A stretch of DNA of 59,776 nucleotides, counting the filler. It is 4 parts of 4 records of this genome, joined end to end, with 100 filler letters (N's around TTAATTAATTAA, not from the genome) between each part and the next. Parts side by side here need not be neighbours in the genome. Positions count along the whole stretch, not along the records: positions 1 to 17,767 come from SRR20825006_1605; positions 17,868 to 32,630 come from SRR20825006_1618; 2 more parts are not named here. One strand, given 5' to 3'. Shown here one piece after another: positions 10,109-19,661 of this stretch (its first letter is position 1; each line of letters opens with the position of its first letter). The notes beneath the pieces are model-generated. The model worked only from the letters and a program-made list of their open reading frames with translations. It was not told the DNA's origin and made no database searches. The translations under genes and the position numbers were made by a program.

Positions 10109-10921
10109 ATGCGGCACCGGACAATTTTCATTTCCGACGTTCATTTGGGAACACCCGGATGTCAGGCCGAGATCCTGCTGGATTTCCTGTCGAACAATCA
10201 GGCCGATACGATCTATCTGGTCGGTGACATCATCGACGCATGGCGGCTGCGACGGGGATGGTTCTGGCCGCAAAGCCACAATGACGTCGTGCAGGAATTG
10301 CTGGCGCGGGCGCATGACGGGGCCAGGATTTTCTATATTCCCGGCAACCATGACGAGGTGTTGCGTGCTTATCTGGGCACCCATTTCGGCGGTGTCGAAG
10401 TGGTGGAAACCGCGCCCCACGTCACGGCCGATGGGCGCAGGCTTCTGGTCACCCATGGCGACCAGTTCGACAGCATCGTGGTCAATGCCAAGTGGCTGGC
10501 CCACCTGGGCGACCGTGCCTATGAATTCGCGCTGTGGCTGAACACATGGCTGAACCGGATCAAACGGCTGTGGGGCGGGCAATACTGGTCGCTGTCCAAA
10601 TGGGCCAAGCATCAGGTCAAACAGGCCGTCAGCTTTATCAGCGAATACGAACATGTGCTGGCCGACGAGGCGCGGCGGCATGGTTTTGACGGTGTGGTCT
10701 GTGGGCACATTCACAGCGCGTGCATCCGCAAGATCGATGGGCTGGATTACATCAACACCGGCGATTGGGTCGAAAGCTGCACGGCCGTGGTCGAGGACAT
10801 GACCGGCACCCTGCGGTTGATCGACTGGGCCGAGACGATGCGCAACCGCGACGCGCGGCCCCCAAGACGGCGCATGGTGCGCCGCACCGAAACCCTGACC
10901 AAAGACAAGGAAGTGGCATAG
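10109..10921 (+). CDS. plcP: LpxH-like metallophosphoesterase, most likely phospholipase C PlcP
   Basis: SDVHLG, VGDIID, PGNHDE, THGDQFD, CGHIH motifs; lies directly upstream of btaAB. Confidence 0.8.
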   Translation: MRHRTIFISDVHLGTPGCQAEILLDFLSNNQADTIYLVGDIIDAWRLRRGWFWPQSHNDVVQELLARAHDGARIFYIPGNHDEVLRAYLGTHFGGVEVVETAPHVTADGRRLLVTHGDQFDSIVVNAKWLAHLGDRAYEFALWLNTWLNRIKRLWGGQYWSLSKWAKHQVKQAVSFISEYEHVLADEARRHGFDGVVCGHIHSACIRKIDGLDYINTGDWVESCTAVVEDMTGTLRLIDWAETMRNRDARPPRRRMVRRTETLTKDKEVA

Positions 10922-10926
10922 TCCCG

Positions 10927-12153
10927 ATGACCGACACCCCCAATATCGCCGAACAGCTTGGCGCTGCCGTCCACCAGAACGAGGCGCTGAACAGCACCGG
11001 GTTTCTGGAACGTATCTTCTCGCGTCTGTTCCAGGGACTGGTCTATCCGCAGATATGGGAAGATCCGGTCGTGGACATGGAGGCGCTGGCGTTGCAACCG
11101 GGGCAGGATGTGTTCTGCATCGCCTCGGGCGGGTGCAACGCGATGTCCTACCTGACGGCCCGCCCTGCATCTGTGACGGCGGTGGATCTGTCGCCTGCGC
11201 ATGTGGCGCTGGGGCGGCTCAAGGTGGCGGCGGCCACGCATCTGACACAGGCGCAGTTCTTTGAGTTCTTCGGGCGCGGCGACAGTGCCGCCAACGTGGC
11301 GCTTTATGACCGCAAGCTGGCGCGCGTGTTGGACGCGGACACCCGCGCCTTTTGGGAGGGCCGCGTGATGGGCCGTCGCCGGATCACGATGTTCGCACGC
11401 GGGTTTCACAGGTTCGGCGTTCTGGGCCGGTTTCTGCGGCTGGTGCATGGTATGTCGTGGCTGGCCGGGCTGGATTACCGCCCGCTGCTGGAGGCGCCGA
11501 GCCTGAAGGCGCAGAAAGAGTTCCACGACACCCGCATCACCCCGCTGCTGGACGCGCGCCCTGTGCGGTGGTTGGCGCGGCGGCGGGCGTCGTTGTTCGG
11601 TCTGGGCATTCCGCCCGCGCAATACGAAAAGCTGGCTGCCGATGGGGACGGCGACGTTCTGGTGGTGCTCAAGGATCGCGTGCGCAAGCTGGCCTGCGAT
11701 TTCCCGATCCGCGACAATTACTTTGCCTGGCAAGCCTTTGGCCGCAGCTATGAACCCGGCGTGCCGCGTTCGGTGCCGCCCTATCTTGAGGCGGAGCATT
11801 TTGACACGGTGATGGAAGGCGCGGGAAATGTTGCCTTTCTGAACCGTTCAATGACCGACCTGCTGGCCGAGCGGGATGCCGCGTCGCTGGATGCCTTTGT
11901 GCTGCTGGATGCGCAGGACTGGATGAACAGCGTGCAACTGAACGCGCTGTGGCACCAGATCACCCGCACCGCGCGGCCCGGTGCGCGGGTGATTTTCCGC
12001 ACAGGCGGTGCCGACGACATCCTGCCCGGACGGGTGGCGCCCGAGGTGCTGGACCTGTGGCAATACCAGCGCGAGACCTCGCAAGCCTGTTTCGCCCGCG
12101 ACCGGTCGGCGATCTACGGCGGGTTTCACCTGTACCAACTAAAGGGCGTATGA
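10927..12153 (+). CDS. btaA: SAM:diacylglycerol 3-amino-3-carboxypropyl transferase (DUF3419)
   Basis: LVYPQIWEDPVVD, IASGGCN, LLDAQDWM, RDRSAIYGGFHLY. Confidence 0.92.
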   Translation: MTDTPNIAEQLGAAVHQNEALNSTGFLERIFSRLFQGLVYPQIWEDPVVDMEALALQPGQDVFCIASGGCNAMSYLTARPASVTAVDLSPAHVALGRLKVAAATHLTQAQFFEFFGRGDSAANVALYDRKLARVLDADTRAFWEGRVMGRRRITMFARGFHRFGVLGRFLRLVHGMSWLAGLDYRPLLEAPSLKAQKEFHDTRITPLLDARPVRWLARRRASLFGLGIPPAQYEKLAADGDGDVLVVLKDRVRKLACDFPIRDNYFAWQAFGRSYEPGVPRSVPPYLEAEHFDTVMEGAGNVAFLNRSMTDLLAERDAASLDAFVLLDAQDWMNSVQLNALWHQITRTARPGARVIFRTGGADDILPGRVAPEVLDLWQYQRETSQACFARDRSAIYGGFHLYQLKGV

Positions 12154-12806
12154 CGATGGCCGACACGGTGTCTCATGCCGAGCTGATGGACAGCACCTAT
12201 CGTTACCAGCGGCTGATCTATGACATCACGCGGCGCTATTACCTGCTGGGCCGTGACCGGCTGGTGACCGATCTGGCGCCGCCGCCGGGGGGGCGGGTGC
12301 TGGAAATCGGATGCGGCACCGGGCGCAATCTGGCCTGCATTGCCGACCGCTATCCCGGGTGTGCGCTCTTCGGGCTGGATATCTCGACGCAGATGCTCCT
12401 GAGCGCGCAGGCCAAGCTGGGGGATCGTGCGACGCTGGTGCGCGGGGATGCCTGTGATTTTGACGGTCCGGCGCTGTTTGGCGCGCAGGGTTTTGACCGC
12501 GTGGTGCTGTCCTACAGTCTGTCGATGATCCCCGACTGGCAGGCCGCGCTGCGCATGGCGGCGGTGCAGTTGGCACCGGGCGGAGAATTGCATGTGCTGG
12601 ACTTTGGCGACCAGACCGGCCTGCCCCGCAGCTTTCGCCGCTTGCTGCAAGCGTGGCTGGCGCGGTTTCATGTGAAGCCGCGTGTCGATCTGCACGCACA
12701 GATGCAGGCGATTGCCGTGCAAAACAATCTGACGTTGCGCTTTGAACCGCTTTATCGTGACTATGCGCGCTATGGTGTTCTGACCCGTAGAACGCTGGCG
12801 GAATAG
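12150..12806 (+). CDS. btaB: SAM:diacylglycerylhomoserine N-methyltransferase
   Basis: MDSTYRYQRLIYDITRRYYLLGRD, LEIGCGTGRN, SYSLSMIPDW; ATGA overlap with btaA. Confidence 0.92.
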   Translation: MTMADTVSHAELMDSTYRYQRLIYDITRRYYLLGRDRLVTDLAPPPGGRVLEIGCGTGRNLACIADRYPGCALFGLDISTQMLLSAQAKLGDRATLVRGDACDFDGPALFGAQGFDRVVLSYSLSMIPDWQAALRMAAVQLAPGGELHVLDFGDQTGLPRSFRRLLQAWLARFHVKPRVDLHAQMQAIAVQNNLTLRFEPLYRDYARYGVLTRRTLAE

Positions 12807-12951
12807 GTCAAACCTCCGCCGCGTCTATAGCTGATTTTCGCTGCACCGCAGCGACTTAGCCGATATTGAAAACGCCGCGTCTGCCATTGCCAATGGTCAG
12901 GGCGCGGGATAGCAATCGCGCAAACTCAAGTGACCTTGGAGGAGGGAAAAG

Positions 12952-13938
12952 ATGTTTTTCAACAAGATTCGCCAAACCGCCGCGTTTGCCGTCGTCGCAA
13001 CGCTCGCAGCAGGTGCAGTTGCCGCTGAAACCGAAGTGAAACTGGGCTATGCGCTGGCACCGGATTCGCATTACGGCGTCGCCGCGGACAAGTGGCAGGA
13101 GGTCGTTGAGGCCAAGACAGATGGCAAGTTCAAGTTCCGCCATTTCCCGTCGTCCGGTCTGGGTGGCGAGCGTGAGGTCGTCGAAGGCCTGCAACTGGGC
13201 ACCGTCGAGGCGACCATCGTGTCCACCGGCACGCTCAGCAACTTTGTCCCCGCCACCGGCGTGACCGACATCCCGTTCCTGTTCCGCAGCCTTGAGCACG
13301 CACGTCACGTTCTGGACGGCCCGATCGGTCAGGAAATCCTGGCCGATTTCGAAGGTGCCGGTCTGGTGGCCATCGCATGGGGCGAGCAAGGGTTCCGCCA
13401 CATCACCAACAACCGCAACCCGATTGAAACGCCCGAAGATCTGGCGGGCATGAAGCTGCGGACCATGGAAAACCCCGTTCACCTGTCGGCGTTCAACGCG
13501 CTGGGTGCGGCCCCCACACCGATGGCATGGCCCGAGGTGATCGGCGCGCTGCAACAGGGCACCATCGACGGTCAGGAAAACCCGCTGTCGGTGATCGTTT
13601 CGGCCAAGCTGAACGAAGTGCAGAAATACCTGACGCTGACGGGCCACGTCTATTCGCCCGCCATGCTGCTGGTGTCGAAACCCTTCTGGGACACGCTGTC
13701 GGACGAAGACAAGGCCGCCTTTGAAGAAGGCGCGACCGAAGCTGTGATCGCGATGCGCGCCTATGTGGACAATGTCGAGACAAGCGGCGTCGAGACGCTG
13801 AAAGAGCGCGGCATGGAAGTCAACGCGCTGTCCGAAGAGCAAAAGGCCGCGTTCCGCGCGTCGGTCGAAAGTGCTTATGAGGGCTACTACGAGACCTATG
13901 GCAAAGACCTGATCGACCGCATTTCGGCGACAGAGTAA
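12952..13938 (+). CDS. TRAP transporter solute-binding protein DctP
   Basis: Signal peptide, GFRHITN, DLAGMKLR, GALQQGTIDGQENP; GGAGG RBS. Confidence 0.95.
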   Translation: MFFNKIRQTAAFAVVATLAAGAVAAETEVKLGYALAPDSHYGVAADKWQEVVEAKTDGKFKFRHFPSSGLGGEREVVEGLQLGTVEATIVSTGTLSNFVPATGVTDIPFLFRSLEHARHVLDGPIGQEILADFEGAGLVAIAWGEQGFRHITNNRNPIETPEDLAGMKLRTMENPVHLSAFNALGAAPTPMAWPEVIGALQQGTIDGQENPLSVIVSAKLNEVQKYLTLTGHVYSPAMLLVSKPFWDTLSDEDKAAFEEGATEAVIAMRAYVDNVETSGVETLKERGMEVNALSEEQKAAFRASVESAYEGYYETYGKDLIDRISATE

Positions 13939-13957
13939 CCTGTACACAGGCACCAAG

Positions 13958-13992
13958 AGCGGCCGAAGCACACAGGCTTTCGGCCGCTTTTT
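13958..13992 (+). terminator. Stem-loop/terminator between dctP and dctQ
   Basis: AGCGGCCGAA...TTCGGCCGCT followed by TTTT. Confidence 0.65.
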
Positions 13993-14013
13993 CATTCGCG
14001 GAGAACACAGAGC

Positions 14014-14535
14014 ATGATGCGCAGGATAGAACGCATTTTCGTGTCGCTGAACGAAGTGGCGGTTATCGGGCTGCTGGCGTCGATGACGCTGATCGTGGGG
14101 GCCAATGTCGCGTTGCGCTATACCACGAACCATTCGTTGCCCTGGGCAGACGAGGCCGCGCGGTATCTGATGATCTGGATGACCTTTCTGGGGGCGGGTC
14201 TGGCGCTGAGGATGGGCGGACACGTGGCCATCACGAACCTGCACGATTTCATCGGCACCCGGTCGCAGCAATGGCTGCGTGCGCTCATCGTTCTGGTTTT
14301 GCTGATCTTCTTCGCCTTCATGGTCTATGTCGGCTGGCAGTACATGCAGCGCGCCCGTTTCCAGCAGACCCCTGCCCTGCGGCTGTCGTTTCAATATGTC
14401 TATGCGGCGATGCCCGTGGGGTTCAGCCTGTTGATTGTCCACCTCTTGCTGATCGCCAAGCCGTTCATTCAGGCCGGTCTGTTCAAGCAGGACCAAGGCG
14501 CGGCTGATGCCGCCCCCGGAGCTGCCAATGGCTGA
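14014..14535 (+). CDS. TRAP small permease DctQ
   Basis: Four TM segments, WADEAARYLMIW, HVAI. Confidence 0.92.
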   Translation: MMRRIERIFVSLNEVAVIGLLASMTLIVGANVALRYTTNHSLPWADEAARYLMIWMTFLGAGLALRMGGHVAITNLHDFIGTRSQQWLRALIVLVLLIFFAFMVYVGWQYMQRARFQQTPALRLSFQYVYAAMPVGFSLLIVHLLLIAKPFIQAGLFKQDQGAADAAPGAANG

Positions 14536-15811
14536 AATTCTCTTTATCGCGCTTTTTGGATTGATGATCCTTGGGTTGCCGGTGGCCTTTGCCATGGCGA
14601 TCTCGGTGTTTCTGGCCATCGCATTCGGCAGTTCGTACCCCGAAATTGTCGTGGTGAAAGAGATGTTTTCGGGGCTGGACAGCTTTCCGTTGCTGGCGGT
14701 GCCGTTCTTTATTCTGGCTGCTGAAATCATGACCGGCGGGGCGATCACGCACACGCTGTTGCGCTTTGCATCGCAGTTCGTGGGTCATTTGCGCGGCGGT
14801 CTGGGCTATGCCAACGTCATCTCGTCCACCATGTTCGCGGGCATCTCCGGCTCGGCGCTGGCCGATGCGGCGGGGCCCGGTGCGATGATGATCCGCATGA
14901 TGGAAAAGGGCGGTTACGACCGGCCCTATGCCGGTGCGCTGACCATTTCCAGCGCCGTCGTCGGACCGATCATTCCGCCATCCATCGTGATGATCATCTA
15001 TGCGCTGCAGGATCAGGAAGTGTCGGTGGGATCGCTGTTCATGGCTGGGGTCATTCCGGGGCTGTTGCTGGCTGCGGGCAACCTTGCGACCAATGGATAC
15101 GTCAGTTGGAAACGTGATTACCGCAGCACCGAGCCGCGCCCTGCACGGGCCGACATGCTGCGCACCACGGCGATGGCGCTGCCCGCGCTGGGGCTGATCG
15201 TGCTGATCGTCGGCGGCATTCGCGGTGGCATCTTCACCCCGACCGAGGCGTCGGTGATCGCGGTGTTCTACGCGCTGTTCTGCGGCATGTTCATCTATCG
15301 CGCCCTGCGGTTGCGCGACCTGCCCGCGATCATCCTGCGCGCAGCCCTCATCAGCGCCGCCGTGCTGTTGATCCTGGGCGCGGCGCGGGCCTTTGCCTGG
15401 GTGCTGGTGATCGAGGGCGTGCCGCAGTTTCTGGCCGAGACGATCATCTCGTGGAACCTGTCGCCCATTCTGTTCCTGCTGGCCGTCAACGTGCTGATGC
15501 TGCTGTTTGGCCTGTTCATGGACCCATTGCCGGGTGTCATGATCCTGGTGCCCATTCTGGCCCCGATCAGCCACGCGCTGGGGATCGCGCCGGATCACTT
15601 TGCCATCGTGGTGATCGTGAACCTGACACTGGGGCTGACAACGCCACCGGTGGGCAGTCTGATCTTTGTCGTGTCATCAGCCGCCAATCTGCGGCCCGCC
15701 ACCCTGATCCGCGAGATGCCGCCCTTCTTTCTGGCAAATTTCATCGTGCTCATGCTGCTGACCTTTGTGCCGGTCCTGAGCACATGGTTGCCACGGGTCA
15801 GCGGTTTCTGA
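14528..15811 (+). CDS. TRAP large permease DctM
   Basis: FPLLAVPFFIL, GISGSALAD, IIPPS, TPTEA, TPPVG. Confidence 0.95.
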   Translation: MAEILFIALFGLMILGLPVAFAMAISVFLAIAFGSSYPEIVVVKEMFSGLDSFPLLAVPFFILAAEIMTGGAITHTLLRFASQFVGHLRGGLGYANVISSTMFAGISGSALADAAGPGAMMIRMMEKGGYDRPYAGALTISSAVVGPIIPPSIVMIIYALQDQEVSVGSLFMAGVIPGLLLAAGNLATNGYVSWKRDYRSTEPRPARADMLRTTAMALPALGLIVLIVGGIRGGIFTPTEASVIAVFYALFCGMFIYRALRLRDLPAIILRAALISAAVLLILGAARAFAWVLVIEGVPQFLAETIISWNLSPILFLLAVNVLMLLFGLFMDPLPGVMILVPILAPISHALGIAPDHFAIVVIVNLTLGLTTPPVGSLIFVVSSAANLRPATLIREMPPFFLANFIVLMLLTFVPVLSTWLPRVSGF

Positions 15812-15933
15812 ACGGATAAGTGATTGATCATGGCCGCTGTGTGCAGGTGGCCGGTCGTTCCACATCTTGACATTCGGCAGCATCACTTTGATTGACTGCA
15901 CCAAGGGTTTGTTCACGTTAAGGGGGAGGGAAG

Positions 15934-16512
15934 ATGCGTTTTCTGGGAATGATAGCGGCGCTGATTTGCGCCATTAACCTGGTGGTAGGCAAAACATTCG
16001 CCTGGCTGTCGCTGGGCATCGTGGTTGTGTGTTTCACAGTCGTTGTACAGCGGTATCTGTTCGCCACAAGCTATGTGTGGATGCAGGATCTGTACATCTG
16101 GCTGAACGGTGCGATGTTCACCGCCGTGGCCGGTTTCGCGTTGCTGCGCGATGATCACGTGCGGGTGGATATTTTCTATCGCCCCGCCAAGATGAAAACC
16201 CGCGCGATCACCGATCTGATCGGTGTTGTCCTGTTCCTGATGCCGTTCATGTGGATCGTCTACACCTATTCGATGCCCTTCGTGCAACGGGCGTGGAACT
16301 ATCATGAAGCGTCGGCGAACGTCGGCGGGATGCCGGGGCTCTATATCCTGAAGTCCTTTATCATCGTCTTTGCCGTGCTGATCGCTTTGCAGGGTGTGGC
16401 GATGATCATCCGCTCGATCCTGATCCTGACCGGCAACGTGCATCTGGTGCCCGCGTCGATCCAATACAGTGCAGACCGCATCGCGGCAGACCACCCCGAA
16501 GGAGCCGTGTAA
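15934..16512 (+). CDS. TRAP small permease (second TRAP system)
   Basis: DDHVRVDIFY motif, four TM segments; GGAGG RBS. Confidence 0.9.
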   Translation: MRFLGMIAALICAINLVVGKTFAWLSLGIVVVCFTVVVQRYLFATSYVWMQDLYIWLNGAMFTAVAGFALLRDDHVRVDIFYRPAKMKTRAITDLIGVVLFLMPFMWIVYTYSMPFVQRAWNYHEASANVGGMPGLYILKSFIIVFAVLIALQGVAMIIRSILILTGNVHLVPASIQYSADRIAADHPEGAV

Positions 16513-17767
16513 TGGACCCCGTCCTGATTGGCGAACTGCTCGCCGCTTTGATGTTTTTTGGCGTTATCGGCTTTTTGCTGCTGGGCTTTCCGGTCGCATT
16601 CACGCTGGCGGGGACGTCGCTTTTGTTCGGCAGCCTCGGGCTGGCCTTTGGTGTGTTCGATCCGTCGAACTTCGGCTCGCTGCCGAACCGTTACATCGGG
16701 TTCATGACCAACGAAGTGCTGGTCGCCGTGCCCTTGTTCATCTTCATGGGGGTGATGCTGGAACGCAGCCAGATTGCCGAACAGCTGCTGCTGACCATGG
16801 GCAAGCTCTTTGGCAACATGCGCGGCGGGCTTGGCTTTTCTGTGGTGCTGGTGGGCGCGATGCTGGCCGCTTCGACCGGGGTTGTGGGTGCGACCGTGGT
16901 CACCATGGGCCTGATCTCGCTGCCTGCGATGCTGCGGGCGGGCTATGATCCGAAGCTGGCCACGGGTGTGATCTGTGCCAGCGGTACGCTGGGACAGATC
17001 GTCCCGCCGTCGACCGTGCTGATTTTCATGGGGGACATGCTGTCGGGCATCAACAGCCAGGTGCAGATGGCCAAGGGCAACTTTGCGCCCACGCCGGTGT
17101 CCGTGGGTGACCTGTTTGCCGGCGCGCTGCTGCCGGGCATTCTGCTGATCGTGCTGTACCTGCTGTTCGTGCTGTTCAAGGCGGTGACTGACCCTGAATC
17201 CTGCCCTGCCACGCCGGTGCCTGCCGAAGAAAAGAAGGACTTGTTGCGCGAGGTTTTCGTGGCCCTCGTGCCGCCGTTGCTGCTGATCCTTGCCGTTCTC
17301 GGCTCGATCCTCGGCGGGATTGCCACCCCGACCGAAGCGGCCTCTGTGGGGGCCGTGGGGGCGATGATCCTCGCAGCGCTGCGCTGGCGGTTGTCTTTTG
17401 GCGTGTTGCGCCAGACGGCGATTTCGACCGCAACGATCACAAGCATGGTCTTTGTCATCCTGCTGGGGGCCTCGGTGTTTTCCGTCGTCTTCCGCATGAT
17501 GGGCGGTGACAACCTGGTGCACGAGTTCCTGAGCAACCTGCCCGGCGGCAAGCTGGCAGCGGTGGCCGTGGTGATGGTCATCATGTTCTTCCTGGGCTTT
17601 ATCCTCGACACCTTCGAGATCATTTTCATCGTGATCCCGATCACCGCACCCGTTCTGCTGGCGCTGGATGTCGATCCGGTGTGGCTGGGGGTGATGGTGG
17701 GCGTGAACCTGCAAACCTCGTTCCTGACGCCGCCCTTCGGCTTTGCGCTGTTCTATCTGCGCGGCGT
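16512..17767 (+). CDS. TRAP large permease (second system), truncated at contig end
   Basis: ASTGVVGATV, SGTLGQIVPPS, NLQTSFLTPPFGFALFYLRG. Confidence 0.93.
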
Positions 17768-17867
17768 NNNNNNNNNNNNNNNNNNNNNNNNNNNNNNNNN
17801 NNNNNNNNNNNTTAATTAATTAANNNNNNNNNNNNNNNNNNNNNNNNNNNNNNNNNNNNNNNNNNNN
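17768..17867. other. Artificial contig linker
   Basis: N-run with central TTAATTAATTAA (stops in all six frames). Confidence 0.99.
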
Positions 17868-17868
17868 C

Positions 17869-18306
17869 CCGTTCTTTGGCACCGGCACCACCGGCGCCGT
17901 GGCCAAGATGCTGGGCCGCGAATTTATCGGGATCGAGCGCGAAGAGGCGTACCGCAAGGTCGCCGCAAAACGCATTGCGTCCGTGCGCAAGTTCGACCGC
18001 GAGGCGCTGGCGGTCAGCACCTCGAAACGCGCCGAGCCGCGCGTGCCCTTCGGCCAGCTGGTCGAACGTGGGATGCTGCGTCCGGGTGAACAGCTGTATT
18101 CGATGAACAACCGTCACAAGGCCAAGGTCCGTGCCGATGGCACGCTGATCGGTGACGACGTCAAGGGGTCGATCCATCAGGTCGGTGCCCATCTGGAAGG
18201 CGCACCCAGCTGCAACGGCTGGACCTACTGGTGCTTCAAGCGCGAGGGCAAGACCGTGCCCATCGACGTGTTGCGCCAGCAGATCCGGTCGGAAATGCAC
18301 GACTGA
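17869..18306 (+). CDS. ccrM: C-terminal part of cell-cycle-regulated DNA adenine methyltransferase
   Basis: PFFGTGTTGAVAKMLGREFIGIER motif I, RVPFGQLVERG, GSIHQVGA...CNGWTYW. Confidence 0.92.
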   Translation, partial: PFFGTGTTGAVAKMLGREFIGIEREEAYRKVAAKRIASVRKFDREALAVSTSKRAEPRVPFGQLVERGMLRPGEQLYSMNNRHKAKVRADGTLIGDDVKGSIHQVGAHLEGAPSCNGWTYWCFKREGKTVPIDVLRQQIRSEMHD

Positions 18307-18400
18307 TCCCTGCGGGGTCGCTTCACTACAGTTTTACCAACACCGCTGGTGCCCCCGCGACTTTCACCCATTGTCGCAATCACATGGGGCACTCACCTAT

Positions 18401-18428
18401 GCCCCGCCTTTATGGCGGGGCTTTTTTC
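18401..18428 (+). terminator. Rho-independent terminator after ccrM
   Basis: GCCCCGCC-TTTAT-GGCGGGGC followed by TTTTTT. Confidence 0.85.
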
Positions 18429-18444
18429 GTTTCCGGATAGGGGA

Positions 18445-19593
18445 TTAGCGCGGGCGCGGGTTGGTCGCCTTGTTGTAGGCGGTCCAGTCCGTGATCTCGG
18501 GGTAATACATGTCCCGCCACGCCCGCACGCGCGGGTGCATGATGCGCTTCCAGACACGCGGCAGCATCGCGGCCATAGTCATCACCGGATAGCCATAGGG
18601 CAGTTGCGGCGCGTCGGCCTCGGTGTGGTTTTGCAGTACGGGAAAGCGGCGGTCGGGTTTGTAATGGTGATCCGAATGCCGTTGCAGGTTGATCAGCAGC
18701 CAGTTCGACGCGCGGTGGGTCGCGTTCCACGAATGGCGCGGGTGGACGTGTTCGTATTTGCCGTCCCCCAGATGTTTGCGCGTCAGCCCGTAGTGTTCGA
18801 TGTAATTGACCAGCTCAAGCTGCCAGATCGCGACACCCGCCTGCATCAGGAACAGCCCCAGCCCCGCCCAGCCGCCAAGGGCAAAGGCCAGCACCAGAAA
18901 GGTGCCTTGCAGATACCAGTACTTGAAAAACGGGTTCGACATATCGCTCCACGGCAGGTCCTTGCGGGCCAGCATGTCCTTTTCGGCGTTCCACGCGCTG
19001 ATCAGCGATTCCTTCAGCACGCGGGGGTAAAACCGGTAAAAGTTTTCGCCCATGCGCGCGGTGACCGTGTCGCGCGGGGTCCCGACATAGCGGTGGTGCA
19101 CCAGCATGTGCTCGGACCGGAAATGCGAATACAGAACCATCGCCAGCAGCACGTCGGCACACCAGCGTTCCAGCTTTGACCGCTGGTGCATCAGCTCATG
19201 GGCATAGTTGATGCCCACGGTGCCGGTCACGGCGCCGACGCCAAAGAACAGCACCAGCTTTTCCAGCACGCCCAGATGGTCGGCGGGGGCCACGTACCAG
19301 ATCAGCGCAAACAGGTTGATGAATTGCAGCGGTGCCCAGGCGATGGTGATGGCGCGGTACCAGAACAGATCGTCGTCGTCGGTGTCTGGGTCCGCGTTGT
19401 CGGGGTCCAGCCCCACGGCAAAATCCAGCGCCACGAACAGATACCACGTGAACAGCGGCAGCAGGATCACGGTCCAGCCGCCGGTCACGGCAGAGGCCCA
19501 GGCCAGCGGAAGCAGCAGCACCGACAGCGCATAGGGCGCGGCGCGGGTCAGCTTGGCCATGTCAGCGGCGGGGACGTAGGGCGATGATGTCAT
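18445..19593 (-). CDS. alkB: Alkane 1-monooxygenase (membrane di-iron, AlkB family)
   Basis: His boxes HELMH, EHMLVHH, NYIEHYG, LQRHSDHH. Confidence 0.92.
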   Translation of the reverse strand: MTSSPYVPAADMAKLTRAAPYALSVLLLPLAWASAVTGGWTVILLPLFTWYLFVALDFAVGLDPDNADPDTDDDDLFWYRAITIAWAPLQFINLFALIWYVAPADHLGVLEKLVLFFGVGAVTGTVGINYAHELMHQRSKLERWCADVLLAMVLYSHFRSEHMLVHHRYVGTPRDTVTARMGENFYRFYPRVLKESLISAWNAEKDMLARKDLPWSDMSNPFFKYWYLQGTFLVLAFALGGWAGLGLFLMQAGVAIWQLELVNYIEHYGLTRKHLGDGKYEHVHPRHSWNATHRASNWLLINLQRHSDHHYKPDRRFPVLQNHTEADAPQLPYGYPVMTMAAMLPRVWKRIMHPRVRAWRDMYYPEITDWTAYNKATNPRPR

Positions 19594-19661
19594 GATACAC
19601 ACTCGGCTGGGCGGTTGATTGTCTCGAATATAGCGCAGCGTGCTTATGAACCAAAGGGTGC

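Noticed and set aside
17768-17867. TTAATTAATTAA palindrome repeated three times in the window
   Set aside because: Identical and embedded in N-runs: an artificial scaffold linker
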